From: an uncultured bacterium
GTDB lineage: Bacteria > Babelota > Babeliae > Babelales > RVW-14
DNA: 64,000 nucleotides
Assembly: GCA_963759805.1 (NCBI GenBank)
Contig: CAVXAT010000005.1
Span: 32,001-96,000, forward strand
Direction: 5' to 3'
Part shown: in pieces, positions 40,816-50,350 of the stretch
Position numbering within the stretch: position 1 is the stretch's first letter
How the letters are laid out: each line of letters begins with the position of its first letter
Translations under genes and position numbers: made by a program
The notes under the pieces: generated by a model
Seen by the model: the letters and a program-made list of their open reading frames with translations, nothing else
What the model was told of the DNA's origin: nothing
The model's database searches: none

Positions 40816-42474
40816 ATGAAGCTTTATTTTAAATACTTTATTTTAGTAACTATATTAATTTCATATCAGTCGATTTATTCAGAAAATAAGGGTCTCGAAA
40901 ATTGTGGGAATAGCTGCTACTTCAATGCATCATTACAAGCATTATCGCATCTTGATAAATTCAATTCGCTACTTCAGGAAAATTTATACGCACCTGATGA
41001 TCTTATTCCACGTTTTTACATAAATCTTATGGAAGAAATAAAGAAGGGGCCTGGAACAATTTCCTGCAATTATAAATATACAAATTTGGATAATAAAACT
41101 GAACGAAATTTTTATAACTTGGCGGGAGATTTGTTTTTTGGACAACAAGGGCAGCAAGAAGATGCCCCTGAGTTTATACAGAATCTTTTTAAAAATATCA
41201 TAGAAAATTCGTCATACTATAGGACAATTAAAGAATTAATAGAAAAAGAAATCGAACCTATATTCGATACAGCCTTCAATAAAATTAGCCCTAATGATAA
41301 AAAATTTGCGCAACCTGTTGTAAAGGCAAAGGCATCCTTGTCCGCAAAAGAAAATGAGACTTTACAAAAAATACATTCACGTTTTTTTGAAAGTTTTGCT
41401 AAAGGATTAAAAATAACAAGAGAAGATTTATTAACAAATATCCTAGATCAATGTATAGAACTTTTAGATAGGAATCCCGATATTTTCCAAGCAAATTTAT
41501 TTAACAACCTTAAAACATCTGAAACACAAGCAAAAAAGATAATAACTGAAACAGAAGTAAAAAGGATAGCAAAAAGAATAGTAAAAGCAAAAAGGATAGT
41601 CACTGAAACAAAAGCAGAAACCATTGCAAAGAATTATATAAAAACTATAGATGAAACATTTAAAAATGCATTAACTAACTACAAAAACATACAAATTGAT
41701 GAAGATCAACCTATAGAAGTTGAAACCTACACAGGTAAAGGGAATCCAACAAGAAAATTTACACCTACTGATGATGGTTTGAACAAGGCGACAACCCTCA
41801 TAAAAAATCTTTCTTTAGCAAAGATGGAGACTAATCTCGAACCAATCTTTAATGGTATTAATGGAACATTTTGGAAATTTCCAGAAGGGAATTTATCAGA
41901 AGTACAAAAAAATTTAACTGCCATAATAAATTTAAAAAAATATTACCCTTATTGGTTACAGTTAAGCATCCCCAATAAAAAAACAAATTTAAAAGAGCTA
42001 GAAGACCTCGAATCCATTGAATTAGAAAAAGCATTTCCTTATGTTATTGTTTGGCTAAAAAGATACAAAAATGAGGAGGGGAAGTTACAAAAAAATAGTA
42101 CCACCATACCTTTTGAAAACCAAATCAATCTAAAACATGTAACCAAATCATTAAAATATAATCTAATTGCTTTTGTAGTTCAAAGCGGCAGTACCGGCGA
42201 AGGCCACTACTGGGCTTACGGAAAGGATAAAGATGATAAATGGTGGCGATATAATGACCCAAACGTAACCGACGCTTCGATAGAAGACGATGACAAAAAA
42301 AGCATTAAGGATATCTTCGAAACTGGCCTAGATCGCAATAAAGCAACCCCTTACGTTCTCTTCTATGAACTTGAAGAACCACTTAGTCTACTCAAGTCAT
42401 CATTGCAGAAACTTAAAACAAAAGTGGAAATGTTGCAAGAGAAGTTGGGAACGCTGAGGGGTAAATTGGGATAG
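40816..42474 (+). CDS. Secreted USP (C19) deubiquitinase-like protein with C-terminal five-heptad zipper
   Basis: Cys box GLENCGNSCYFNASLQAL, QQEDAPEF, His box YNLIAFVVQSGSTGEGHYWAY..WWRYND..PYVLFYE. Confidence 0.92.
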   Translation: MKLYFKYFILVTILISYQSIYSENKGLENCGNSCYFNASLQALSHLDKFNSLLQENLYAPDDLIPRFYINLMEEIKKGPGTISCNYKYTNLDNKTERNFYNLAGDLFFGQQGQQEDAPEFIQNLFKNIIENSSYYRTIKELIEKEIEPIFDTAFNKISPNDKKFAQPVVKAKASLSAKENETLQKIHSRFFESFAKGLKITREDLLTNILDQCIELLDRNPDIFQANLFNNLKTSETQAKKIITETEVKRIAKRIVKAKRIVTETKAETIAKNYIKTIDETFKNALTNYKNIQIDEDQPIEVETYTGKGNPTRKFTPTDDGLNKATTLIKNLSLAKMETNLEPIFNGINGTFWKFPEGNLSEVQKNLTAIINLKKYYPYWLQLSIPNKKTNLKELEDLESIELEKAFPYVIVWLKRYKNEEGKLQKNSTTIPFENQINLKHVTKSLKYNLIAFVVQSGSTGEGHYWAYGKDKDDKWWRYNDPNVTDASIEDDDKKSIKDIFETGLDRNKATPYVLFYELEEPLSLLKSSLQKLKTKVEMLQEKLGTLRGKLG

Positions 42475-42490
42475 AAAATAAAAAATTAAG

Positions 42491-42860
42491 TGGAGGCGAT
42501 GGGATTTGAACCCATGTCCGTAATACCCAGCTCTTCGAGCACTACATGCTTAGTTCTTATTTATACTTCTACTATGCTGCAAGAACACAGGACAAGTAAA
42601 AGCCGGTTCAGTATACAATCCGGATACACTACCAAAAAGTCTTTCCAGAAGGTTCTATCTGATTATACGTGTATGCTAGGCTGATAGACACGTCCGCATA
42701 CAAGCCATAGATGCCCTACTTAATTAAGCAGCTGCAACTAAAGGACTACTCACATTGGAATAGTTTGCATTTATGTTTTTGAACGTTGATTAACGAGTTC
42801 CATTCAAAACTCGGCATGCTCTCAAAGCTCTTGACACTACGTCGAAGCCAACACGCCCCC
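42491..42860 (-). ncRNA. ssrA: tmRNA; tag (A)ANYSNVSSPLVAAA* at 42768-42724
   Basis: 5' GGGGGCG pairs with 3' CGCCTCC-A with G3.U; T-arm ATGGGTTCAAATCCCAT; resume codon GCA and tag ending AAA-stop; CCA not fully encoded. Confidence 0.96.
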
Positions 42861-42902
42861 AAATTTTTCAAAGATCAAAAGATTATAATAAATATAAGTA
42901 TA

Positions 42903-42931
42903 ATTATATAAGTATATTTTCTATGTGTCAA
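42903..42931 (-). promoter_or_regulatory. Consensus sigma70 promoter of ssrA
   Basis: TTGACA (42931-42926), 17 bp, TATAAT (42908-42903). Confidence 0.85.
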
Positions 42932-43094
42932 CAATAGCCCAAATTCAAAAAACAGGTCTTATCGGCTTAAAACCCACCTTTTAACCCCAAAAAACAGAGT
43001 AAATTAGACTTTGCAGACTGATTATGTAAACTATCTGTAATTAATACAAATTTTATAACTCTAAAAACTAAGGTTTTTTTATTAAGGGTCTTTT

Positions 43095-44276
43095 ATGAGT
43101 AAGAAAAGTACAATTTTCACCCTAGGCCTTGCCACATTCACAATGTTTTTTGGGGCAGGCAACGTCGTATTCCCACTCAGTCTTGGCAGAGATATGGGGA
43201 ATATGGTTTTTTATGCAATCCTAGGCTTTTTTGCAACGGCAATTTTTGTTCCGCTACTTGGCCTAATTTCAGTAATGCTTTTTGAAGGCGATTATAAAAA
43301 ATTCTTATCTACGATGGGGACAATTCCTGCAAGCTTGATCGCTCTTGTCTGCATGATTTTACTAGGCCCATTCGGATGCATAGCTCGCTGCATCGTTCTT
43401 TCATACTCTGCAATTCAGTGGCATCTTCCAAATATATCACTGTTTACCTACAGCTTGATCGCATCTATTTTTGTGTTTTTGGTAACACAGAATAAAGGCA
43501 GAATCGTCAATCTGCTTGGCAAATATCTTGGACCTGTAAAATTAACATTACTGCTTTCGGTTATAGCAGTCGGACTTATTTCTCCATTTATGATGGAGCC
43601 AACAACATTCACTGCCGGACAGAGTTTTATGCGCGGTTTTAATGATGGTTACTTCACAATGGATCTGATCGGAGCACTATTTTTCTCAATGTTAATTTAC
43701 ACCGCATTGAAAAAAATGTTGTCTGAAGAAGGGAAGACGTCAACAAAAGATTTAATCGTTTATGGTATAAAATCAAGTCTTATCGGTGGTGGGTTGCTCG
43801 GAATCGTCTACCTTGGCTTTTGTACAATTTCCGCAATGTACGGCCCACACATCCATGGAATTGGAAGAGATCAAATCTTAAGTGCTTTGACAACCAAAAT
43901 CCTTGGCCATGGTGCCGGAATTCTTGCCAACGCCACCGTTGCAATCACATGCTTAACAACAGCAATTGCATTAACAACGGTCTTTGCCGATTACCTGGCA
44001 CATGAACTTACAAAGTCTAAAATTCGTTACCCTTATGCACTTTTAATAACAACAGTTATCACATTTGCAATGTCCAATCTCGGTTTTGAGGGAATTATGA
44101 ATTTTGTTGAACCGATAATTGTTGTGCTTTATCCTGCTCTTATAGTTTTATGCTTAGCAAATATTGCCAATAAACTCTTTGGTTTTAAATACATTAAGCT
44201 TGTTGTCTTTTCATCTTTGATTGCAAGTTTGGTTCTCAATTATGGACAAGCAATTGCAGGCCTGATGATCAAATGA
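43095..44276 (+). CDS. brnQ: Branched-chain amino acid carrier (LIVCS)
   Basis: FTMFFGAGNVVFP, GKYLGP, GYFTMDL, TCLTTAIAL, LYPALI. Confidence 0.92.
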   Translation: MSKKSTIFTLGLATFTMFFGAGNVVFPLSLGRDMGNMVFYAILGFFATAIFVPLLGLISVMLFEGDYKKFLSTMGTIPASLIALVCMILLGPFGCIARCIVLSYSAIQWHLPNISLFTYSLIASIFVFLVTQNKGRIVNLLGKYLGPVKLTLLLSVIAVGLISPFMMEPTTFTAGQSFMRGFNDGYFTMDLIGALFFSMLIYTALKKMLSEEGKTSTKDLIVYGIKSSLIGGGLLGIVYLGFCTISAMYGPHIHGIGRDQILSALTTKILGHGAGILANATVAITCLTTAIALTTVFADYLAHELTKSKIRYPYALLITTVITFAMSNLGFEGIMNFVEPIIVVLYPALIVLCLANIANKLFGFKYIKLVVFSSLIASLVLNYGQAIAGLMIK

Positions 44277-44305
44277 ACTTTAAATAGCTTAATTCTTAAA
44301 TTTTG

Positions 44306-44340
44306 ACAGGCAGGGCGCTAAAAATGCTCTGCCTGTTTTA
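44306..44340 (+). terminator. Intrinsic terminator after brnQ
   Basis: ACAGGCAGGGCG-loop-TGCTCTGCCTGT followed by T-rich tail. Confidence 0.65.
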
Positions 44341-44466
44341 TTATAAGTTACGGCAAAAACCATCAATTTATATAAACCATGTACTATTTTAAGTTGATTT
44401 TAATAAATTTAATAAAATTAACAGAATTTAATTAAAGAAAAATTTAATTTAAAGAGAGGGTACTCT

Positions 44467-46686
44467 ATGAAGTTTGTTAAGGCTATTTTATTAATATTTT
44501 TAATTACAACATCTTTATCTCCGATGAAAAAGCCTGGTAAAAGCGTCATGCCAACGAAAAAGCCTGGTAAAATTGTCGTACCTGTGAAAAAGCCTAAAAG
44601 TGTCGCGCCAATAAAAAAACCTAAAAGTGTCGCGCCTGTAAAAAAACCTAAAAGTGTTGTGCCTGTAAAAAAACCTAAAAGTGAATTGCAAGTTAAATTG
44701 GAACAACTAAAATCACCCTTGGCCGAATTAAGAACCAAGTTAATGAAATTGCAGGAAAAGCTTGAGTCTTTGAGAATATTTCTAGACCCGGTAACCGAAG
44801 AAAATATCTGGGATAAAATAAAAAACTTGATACAAAACCAAAATGGTAATGAATTTAATCTTAAGCCAGAAATAATCGATGAATGGATGTTGCTTGACAA
44901 TCAACTCGGTACATTAAAAACTGATATGACTAAAATCAAAAATGATATTGTAATCGACAATGAATATTTTAAAGGAATTAGATTAGCAGATTATGCACCT
45001 GTTTTATATGCATTTGGAGATGATGTAAATAAAAGCAACGAAAGAGCCGTAATGCTCTTTAAACGTTTATGTGAAAAGGTAACACCTATCATATTGGATA
45101 CAACTCCAAAATCTTGCAATTCTATAGGCAAACGAATAGAACAACTAGAAACTCATCATGCCGGTATGATTGGATTCTTCGCAAGGAAAAATGCAGACAA
45201 AAGAATACAAGACCTTTATAACAAAAAACACGACCAGCTTAATATCGTGTCTAAATTAATTGATGAAATAAAAATAGGAATGTTCAATAGATTGCAAGAG
45301 GTATTTTTTTATTTATATAAAGGATACACATACAAAAATCAAATGGGTGCCCCAACGCCTATATCTATTATCGACGCTAATATTGCAAACAAAAAAGCAC
45401 TCATTGAAAACTTTGCACTACAATTTAACAGAGGGTTTGATGTTATTGATAAAGTATTTATTAATAGTTTTAGCGTTTGGCGTTACACGTTTGCAGGACA
45501 GCATAACATAGATGATATTGATTCAGGGGGAATACGAAGAGTTGCTATTTCCGACCTTGCTGCTTACTATAATTCGAAAGCAGAAGAAAATGGATTTGAT
45601 AATAATGCAACTCGTGAAGCATTTCCAAAACTCATCTGGTTTCTGCTTGCAAATATGTTCAAACCAAGCCGCGACTCTCTTTTAATCCAGGCTTGGAACA
45701 ACAATCATGATGTACAATTTGATGGGTTTTCTGCAATCATAAATCTCCCACTGCCATTTTGGGGCACATTGCTATCTCAAGGCTCACTTGAGATTTCTGA
45801 AGATGATACGAAAAACGTGTTTACAGAACTTGGTATGCAAGGTGCAATAGTAGGCAACCTAAAAGATGCCTTAGGTTGCGATACAGACAAAGAAACCATT
45901 GATGAATTAAATAAAAAGATCAAACTTAAGGATAAATACATTCAAGCACTCAAATTAAACAAGATCCTTTCGTTTGAGGATAAAGTAAAAAACATGCTCA
46001 GCCGATATTTAGCCTCAAAATATCACATAGATGAGATCAAAAAAGACTTCTGGCAGGATGCCAACCTCGTAAATTTAAGACGGGATGCAGGTGTGGATGA
46101 AGACACCTTATTATCAACCGGCGCATTTCTTGATAATAACGAAATTCAACGCCATCTGAATAATGGCAACGTACAGTTTTTACTCATGAGGAAGTTTCTT
46201 AAAGAATTAAATTCTCAACACTTGTTCAATATGTTTAATAAACCACCAATGGCTCAAGAAATTAAAGATATGATTGTTGAAGGAGTTAGACAGAATAGAT
46301 ATGCTATCAGTTCAGAAGTGACTGATGCAATCACCCTATCAGAAACATTCATAAGGGATTTATTCGCAAGAAAACGATTAGAGCTACAGGCTAACAGCAC
46401 AGATCCCTCCCTCCAAGCACAAGTTTTGATACTCAAAGCAATTGTATGGACTTTTAACTTTATCAACGAAAATGCTGGTGATGAAAAAGAACAAATAGAT
46501 ATTCGTACTGGATTTGTAAAATTTGTTACTGGTCAATCACGCCCAGCATATATGGTAGTCACTACACAAACAATTGGAAACTTAGAAGCTCATACCTGCT
46601 TTAAAACGATAAACATTCCTGAGCAGTTGCTACAAGCAGATGATTATAATTCATTCAAAATCGCTCTTATAGGTGTTGTAAAGTAA
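44467..46686 (+). CDS. Secreted HECT-like E3 ubiquitin ligase with Lys/Pro repeats and N-terminal five-heptad zipper
   Basis: Signal peptide; DIDSGGIRR (cf. HECT DxGGxxRE), LPLPFWGTLL, FVKFVTGQSR, LEAHTCFKTINIP (cf. AHTCFNxLxLP; Cys codon at 46597). Confidence 0.75.
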   Translation: MKFVKAILLIFLITTSLSPMKKPGKSVMPTKKPGKIVVPVKKPKSVAPIKKPKSVAPVKKPKSVVPVKKPKSELQVKLEQLKSPLAELRTKLMKLQEKLESLRIFLDPVTEENIWDKIKNLIQNQNGNEFNLKPEIIDEWMLLDNQLGTLKTDMTKIKNDIVIDNEYFKGIRLADYAPVLYAFGDDVNKSNERAVMLFKRLCEKVTPIILDTTPKSCNSIGKRIEQLETHHAGMIGFFARKNADKRIQDLYNKKHDQLNIVSKLIDEIKIGMFNRLQEVFFYLYKGYTYKNQMGAPTPISIIDANIANKKALIENFALQFNRGFDVIDKVFINSFSVWRYTFAGQHNIDDIDSGGIRRVAISDLAAYYNSKAEENGFDNNATREAFPKLIWFLLANMFKPSRDSLLIQAWNNNHDVQFDGFSAIINLPLPFWGTLLSQGSLEISEDDTKNVFTELGMQGAIVGNLKDALGCDTDKETIDELNKKIKLKDKYIQALKLNKILSFEDKVKNMLSRYLASKYHIDEIKKDFWQDANLVNLRRDAGVDEDTLLSTGAFLDNNEIQRHLNNGNVQFLLMRKFLKELNSQHLFNMFNKPPMAQEIKDMIVEGVRQNRYAISSEVTDAITLSETFIRDLFARKRLELQANSTDPSLQAQVLILKAIVWTFNFINENAGDEKEQIDIRTGFVKFVTGQSRPAYMVVTTQTIGNLEAHTCFKTINIPEQLLQADDYNSFKIALIGVVK
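44521..44682 (+). repeat. Coding tandem repeat of 30- and 27-bp units, PxKKP(G)KSVx about x6
   Basis: cctgtaaaaaaacctaaaagtgt-like units. Confidence 0.92.
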
Positions 46687-46859
46687 AAAAAGGCATGCAG
46701 AATTAAGATTTACCAACAGCCAATCTAGATCTGGCTAATTTTTATCTTTTTATCTCCAAACATTGACGAATTTTGCAATATCAGGCATCTTCTGAATGTT
46801 TTAATAGGCAATTTTCCAAGGGTTATTTTAAATATTTTATTTTAATATGGGCTGATTCT

Positions 46860-49265
46860 ATGAAACTCTCGCTTGCATGGATATTCGATCACATTAATGC
46901 GGACTGGAAAAAACAGGATATAGATCAAATTTTTTCAAAATTTAATACCACAACAGCCGAAATTGAAGATTTTCATAAACTGAAAATCGACTTGCAAAAC
47001 TTCTTTCTTGGGAAAATTGTTGCAAGCACCAATAATAAAATAATTTTTTTGGTGCCGGAGTTAAAAAAAGAGATTGAGTTGGCGCAACCCCAAGCGCAAA
47101 CCGATGGGACTTTTACACATACCCCAAATCCTGTTGTCCCAAATCCTATCTTAATGATCAAAAAAGTTAATGGCGTTTTTTACTGGGCAAATTTAGTTGA
47201 TTTTGGAATGGAAAAGGACGGCCTCTTACCTGCATTTGATATAAAAGAGGAAGATCTGTCCGGAAACTGGCGCAATCAATTTGAAAACGAAGACATCATT
47301 CTTGAAATCGACAACAAATCAATCACACACAGACCGGATATGTGGGGGCACAGGGGCTTTGCTCGAGAAATTGCCATGATTATGGATCTACCATTTAAAG
47401 AACAATCTGAATTTTTAAAAGATATTCCAGTGCAGTGCTTTGATGGTCAAAGTAGAGCAACACAAACTAATCCAATCACAATCGAAAATCAGGCACCTGA
47501 AGGCTGCAAAAGATTCACAGGGCTTTATTTTAAATCAATTGAAAACAGACCATCCAACATTTTTATTGCAAGCAGGCTGCTCAAAATTGGGCAACGACCA
47601 ATTAATGGAATAATAGATCTAACAAACTACATTGCCCAAGAGTGGGCACAGCCCGTTCATGCTTATGACACAGAAAAAATTACAGACAAAAAAATCATTA
47701 TTAGATTAGCTAAAAAAGGCGAAAAGATTGAGCTCCTGGACGGAAATAGCATCGAACTAACCAATCACGACATGGTCATCGCAGACAGTAAACATGCAAT
47801 GTGCTTGGCAGGAGTCAGAGGTGGGATAAGCAGTGCTATAAGCGGCGCAACAAACTCTATCCTTTTTGAATCGGCAACCTTTGATGCCGGGACGGTTCGA
47901 CGCAGCGCCTTAAGACACAAAACCCGCACCGACTCTTCTGCAAGATTTGAGAAAACACTTGATCCAAACCAAACAACTCAAGCAACCCAAAGATTTTTGA
48001 AATTACTGGATGAGTATGGAATAAAAGCTGAATATGCTCCGGAAATTATCTCAATTGGGCATCCGGTTGCAGAAAATGTAATTGAGCTAAGTCACGACTT
48101 TTTAGAAAAACGCTCAGGAATTAGCTTGCAAGAAAGCGATGTCATCAGGCCTCTTACAAAACTAGGTTTCACAGTTTCAGTGAAAAAAACGCCGGCTTCA
48201 ATACTTTATGATATTAAAATTCCTACTTTTCGAGGTAGCAAAGATATCAAAATAAAAGAGGACATACTTGAAGAAGTGGCGCGCTGTTATGGTCTTAATA
48301 ACATTCCTCTGAATTTGCCTGTTTTTATTAGAAAGCCTTACGATCTGAAATCCCAAGCAAGACTACGCTTAATTAAAGATTACCTGTCCAGCGAGGCCAA
48401 AATGTCCGAACAACAAAATTATGTGTTCTTTGATGAGGATTTTTTGACCGAAGTAAATTTGGCTGGAGCAAATCTGAATGAGCAGAACATAGTCAGCGTG
48501 GTTAATCCGGTTTCGCAAAACAACTTTAGGTTGGTTTGTTCACTTGTCCCGGGACTGCTTAAAAATATAAAAAATAATCATATACATCACGATAAACTTG
48601 CTTTTTTTGAATTCGCACGCGTCTGGAATGTGGAAAAGAATAAAGTTGTTGAGCATAAGTCTCTTGCCGGCATATTTTTTGAAAAATACACAGAGATAGA
48701 TTTTTACAGATGCAAACAACACATAATTGATCTGTTTTTAGCTCTTGGATTTGATGTAAAAAAACTTGAATGGCAAAAAATTGATAAGCCTGCCACTGAT
48801 TGGTACAGGGAGTATCAGACTGCAGAAATTATATTTGATGGCAAAAAAGTTGGCATTGCAGGTAACGCAGATCCGGTCTTTTTAAGTAAACTTAAAATTC
48901 ACGAACAAAACTCGGCATTCATTTTTGAAATTGATGGAAAGTGGCTTTTAGAAGGCAAAACCAAGGCAAAACGTTACTCTGCATTTTCAAAATTTCAGGA
49001 AACATACTTTGACTTGAGCATTCTTGTACCATTAACCGTAACCACAAAATTTGTCGAAGATAAGTTAGAAAAAGTAAACACACTTATTAAAAAAGTTGAA
49101 TTAATCGACTTTTTTGAAAAAGCTGAATGGACTGACTCTCGATCACAAACATTTAGAATTTGGCTTGAACATCCGGATAAAACACTAGAAAAAGAGGATA
49201 TCGACAACACAATGCAATTGGCAATCAAGGCGATAGAATCATTTGGTGCAAAACTCAGATCCTAG
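46860..49265 (+). CDS. pheT: Phenylalanine-tRNA ligase beta subunit
   Basis: MKLSLAWI, ITHRPDMWGHRGFAREIA, IDLTNY..QPVHAYD, FESATF, SARFEK, EDILEEVAR, FDX-ACB-like end. Confidence 0.95.
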   Translation: MKLSLAWIFDHINADWKKQDIDQIFSKFNTTTAEIEDFHKLKIDLQNFFLGKIVASTNNKIIFLVPELKKEIELAQPQAQTDGTFTHTPNPVVPNPILMIKKVNGVFYWANLVDFGMEKDGLLPAFDIKEEDLSGNWRNQFENEDIILEIDNKSITHRPDMWGHRGFAREIAMIMDLPFKEQSEFLKDIPVQCFDGQSRATQTNPITIENQAPEGCKRFTGLYFKSIENRPSNIFIASRLLKIGQRPINGIIDLTNYIAQEWAQPVHAYDTEKITDKKIIIRLAKKGEKIELLDGNSIELTNHDMVIADSKHAMCLAGVRGGISSAISGATNSILFESATFDAGTVRRSALRHKTRTDSSARFEKTLDPNQTTQATQRFLKLLDEYGIKAEYAPEIISIGHPVAENVIELSHDFLEKRSGISLQESDVIRPLTKLGFTVSVKKTPASILYDIKIPTFRGSKDIKIKEDILEEVARCYGLNNIPLNLPVFIRKPYDLKSQARLRLIKDYLSSEAKMSEQQNYVFFDEDFLTEVNLAGANLNEQNIVSVVNPVSQNNFRLVCSLVPGLLKNIKNNHIHHDKLAFFEFARVWNVEKNKVVEHKSLAGIFFEKYTEIDFYRCKQHIIDLFLALGFDVKKLEWQKIDKPATDWYREYQTAEIIFDGKKVGIAGNADPVFLSKLKIHEQNSAFIFEIDGKWLLEGKTKAKRYSAFSKFQETYFDLSILVPLTVTTKFVEDKLEKVNTLIKKVELIDFFEKAEWTDSRSQTFRIWLEHPDKTLEKEDIDNTMQLAIKAIESFGAKLRS

Positions 49266-49285
49266 GATATTTCGAGATAAACATT

Positions 49286-49765
49286 ATGAATAGAAGTTCG
49301 TCTTTTGTTTTATATTTATTTTTAATTTCAACAATTATAACAGCCGATCAAGCTGCAAAACGCTGGGCTCTGGCAAACCTGGCTAACAATGCAGATATGC
49401 CAATTAACGGATGGTGCAATTTGTCATTTTCTGCCAACCGTGGCATAAGCTGGAGCTTGTTTAATAATTTAAAATCAGATTTTGGATTTTATATCCTCAC
49501 ATTCATTATTTCAACAGTAATTCTTGCATTTGCATTTTATGCTGTAATTAAACATTTAAATAAAAAACCAATTTATTTTGAAAGCTTCGTAATCGGAGGT
49601 GCGATTGCAAATATTATTGACAGAATCACCCACGGTTTTGTTATAGATTTTATAGACGTACATTTAGGCATCTGGCACTGGCCAACATTTAACATTGCGG
49701 ATATTTTTGTAGTAATAGGAGTTTTGGGAGTATTATTTAAAGAATTGCGGAAAAAACATGTTTGA
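49286..49765 (+). CDS. lspA: Lipoprotein signal peptidase II
   Basis: DQAAK, NRGISWSL, GGAIANIIDR, VIDFID, WPTFNIAD. Confidence 0.96.
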   Translation: MNRSSSFVLYLFLISTIITADQAAKRWALANLANNADMPINGWCNLSFSANRGISWSLFNNLKSDFGFYILTFIISTVILAFAFYAVIKHLNKKPIYFESFVIGGAIANIIDRITHGFVIDFIDVHLGIWHWPTFNIADIFVVIGVLGVLFKELRKKHV

Positions 49766-50231
49766 AAAAATAAAAAATTTTTTTATCAAAATCGCAACCT
49801 TGGATTCGCTCGGTAACTGGTTTTTTGGTGGTGTAATTTCAGCATTGCTGGCCATTCCATTTTTATATATTTTACAGTTTTTATATGGCAAATTTCCATA
49901 CATATTCCATTCACTCTGGATTGCAATCGTCTTGTTATGCCTGGTATCAATTTACATCGCACTCAAAGAGTTCAAAAGTAGCATTGTTCTTCATAAATTC
50001 ATTGGAGTAATGATCGCATTTTACTGCGTTCCATTAACATTGAGAATTGTCTTTTCCGGAATACTTCTATTTTATCTTTGGGATTTTTTGATACCCCTAA
50101 TAATCTTTAAAAATCATAATCATAATGAGCTTGGTAAAATCAAACAGATGTTTTATCTGATAATCCCCGCTGTTGCATCAGGAATTATTGTAAATGCCTT
50201 CTTACACCTTGTAATCTGGATCGCCCATTAA
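49758..50231 (+). CDS. Membrane protein, possibly a degenerate PgpA-like protein
   Basis: About 5 TMs; KIATL..LG, IVLHKFIG (cf. IVIDEVVG), LFYLWD (cf. LFRFFD). Confidence 0.45.
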   Translation: MFEKIKNFFIKIATLDSLGNWFFGGVISALLAIPFLYILQFLYGKFPYIFHSLWIAIVLLCLVSIYIALKEFKSSIVLHKFIGVMIAFYCVPLTLRIVFSGILLFYLWDFLIPLIIFKNHNHNELGKIKQMFYLIIPAVASGIIVNAFLHLVIWIAH

Positions 50232-50350
50232 TACTATTAATACTAATTCAATTAAATTACATAATTTTGTTTTAGACCAGATCAAAAAGCATCTGGCCCT
50301 ATATAATTTTTCTGAAATAAAGACTCAAGAACTGGGGGCATCCTGACGCA

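Noticed and set aside
40770..42491. USP gene as an island integrated at the tmRNA 3' end
   Set aside because: No integrase and no duplicated tmRNA 3' fragment (att site) found by eye in the window.
42490..42684. 64-aa plus-strand ORF MEAMGFEPMS...
   Set aside because: It is the antisense reading of the tmRNA 3' end, a classic spurious ORF.
44418..44900. 160-aa minus-strand ORF with LGFF repeats; possible CRISPR-like periodicity
   Set aside because: Antisense shadow of the KKPK coding repeat. Units are contiguous without unique spacers, and no cas genes are present.
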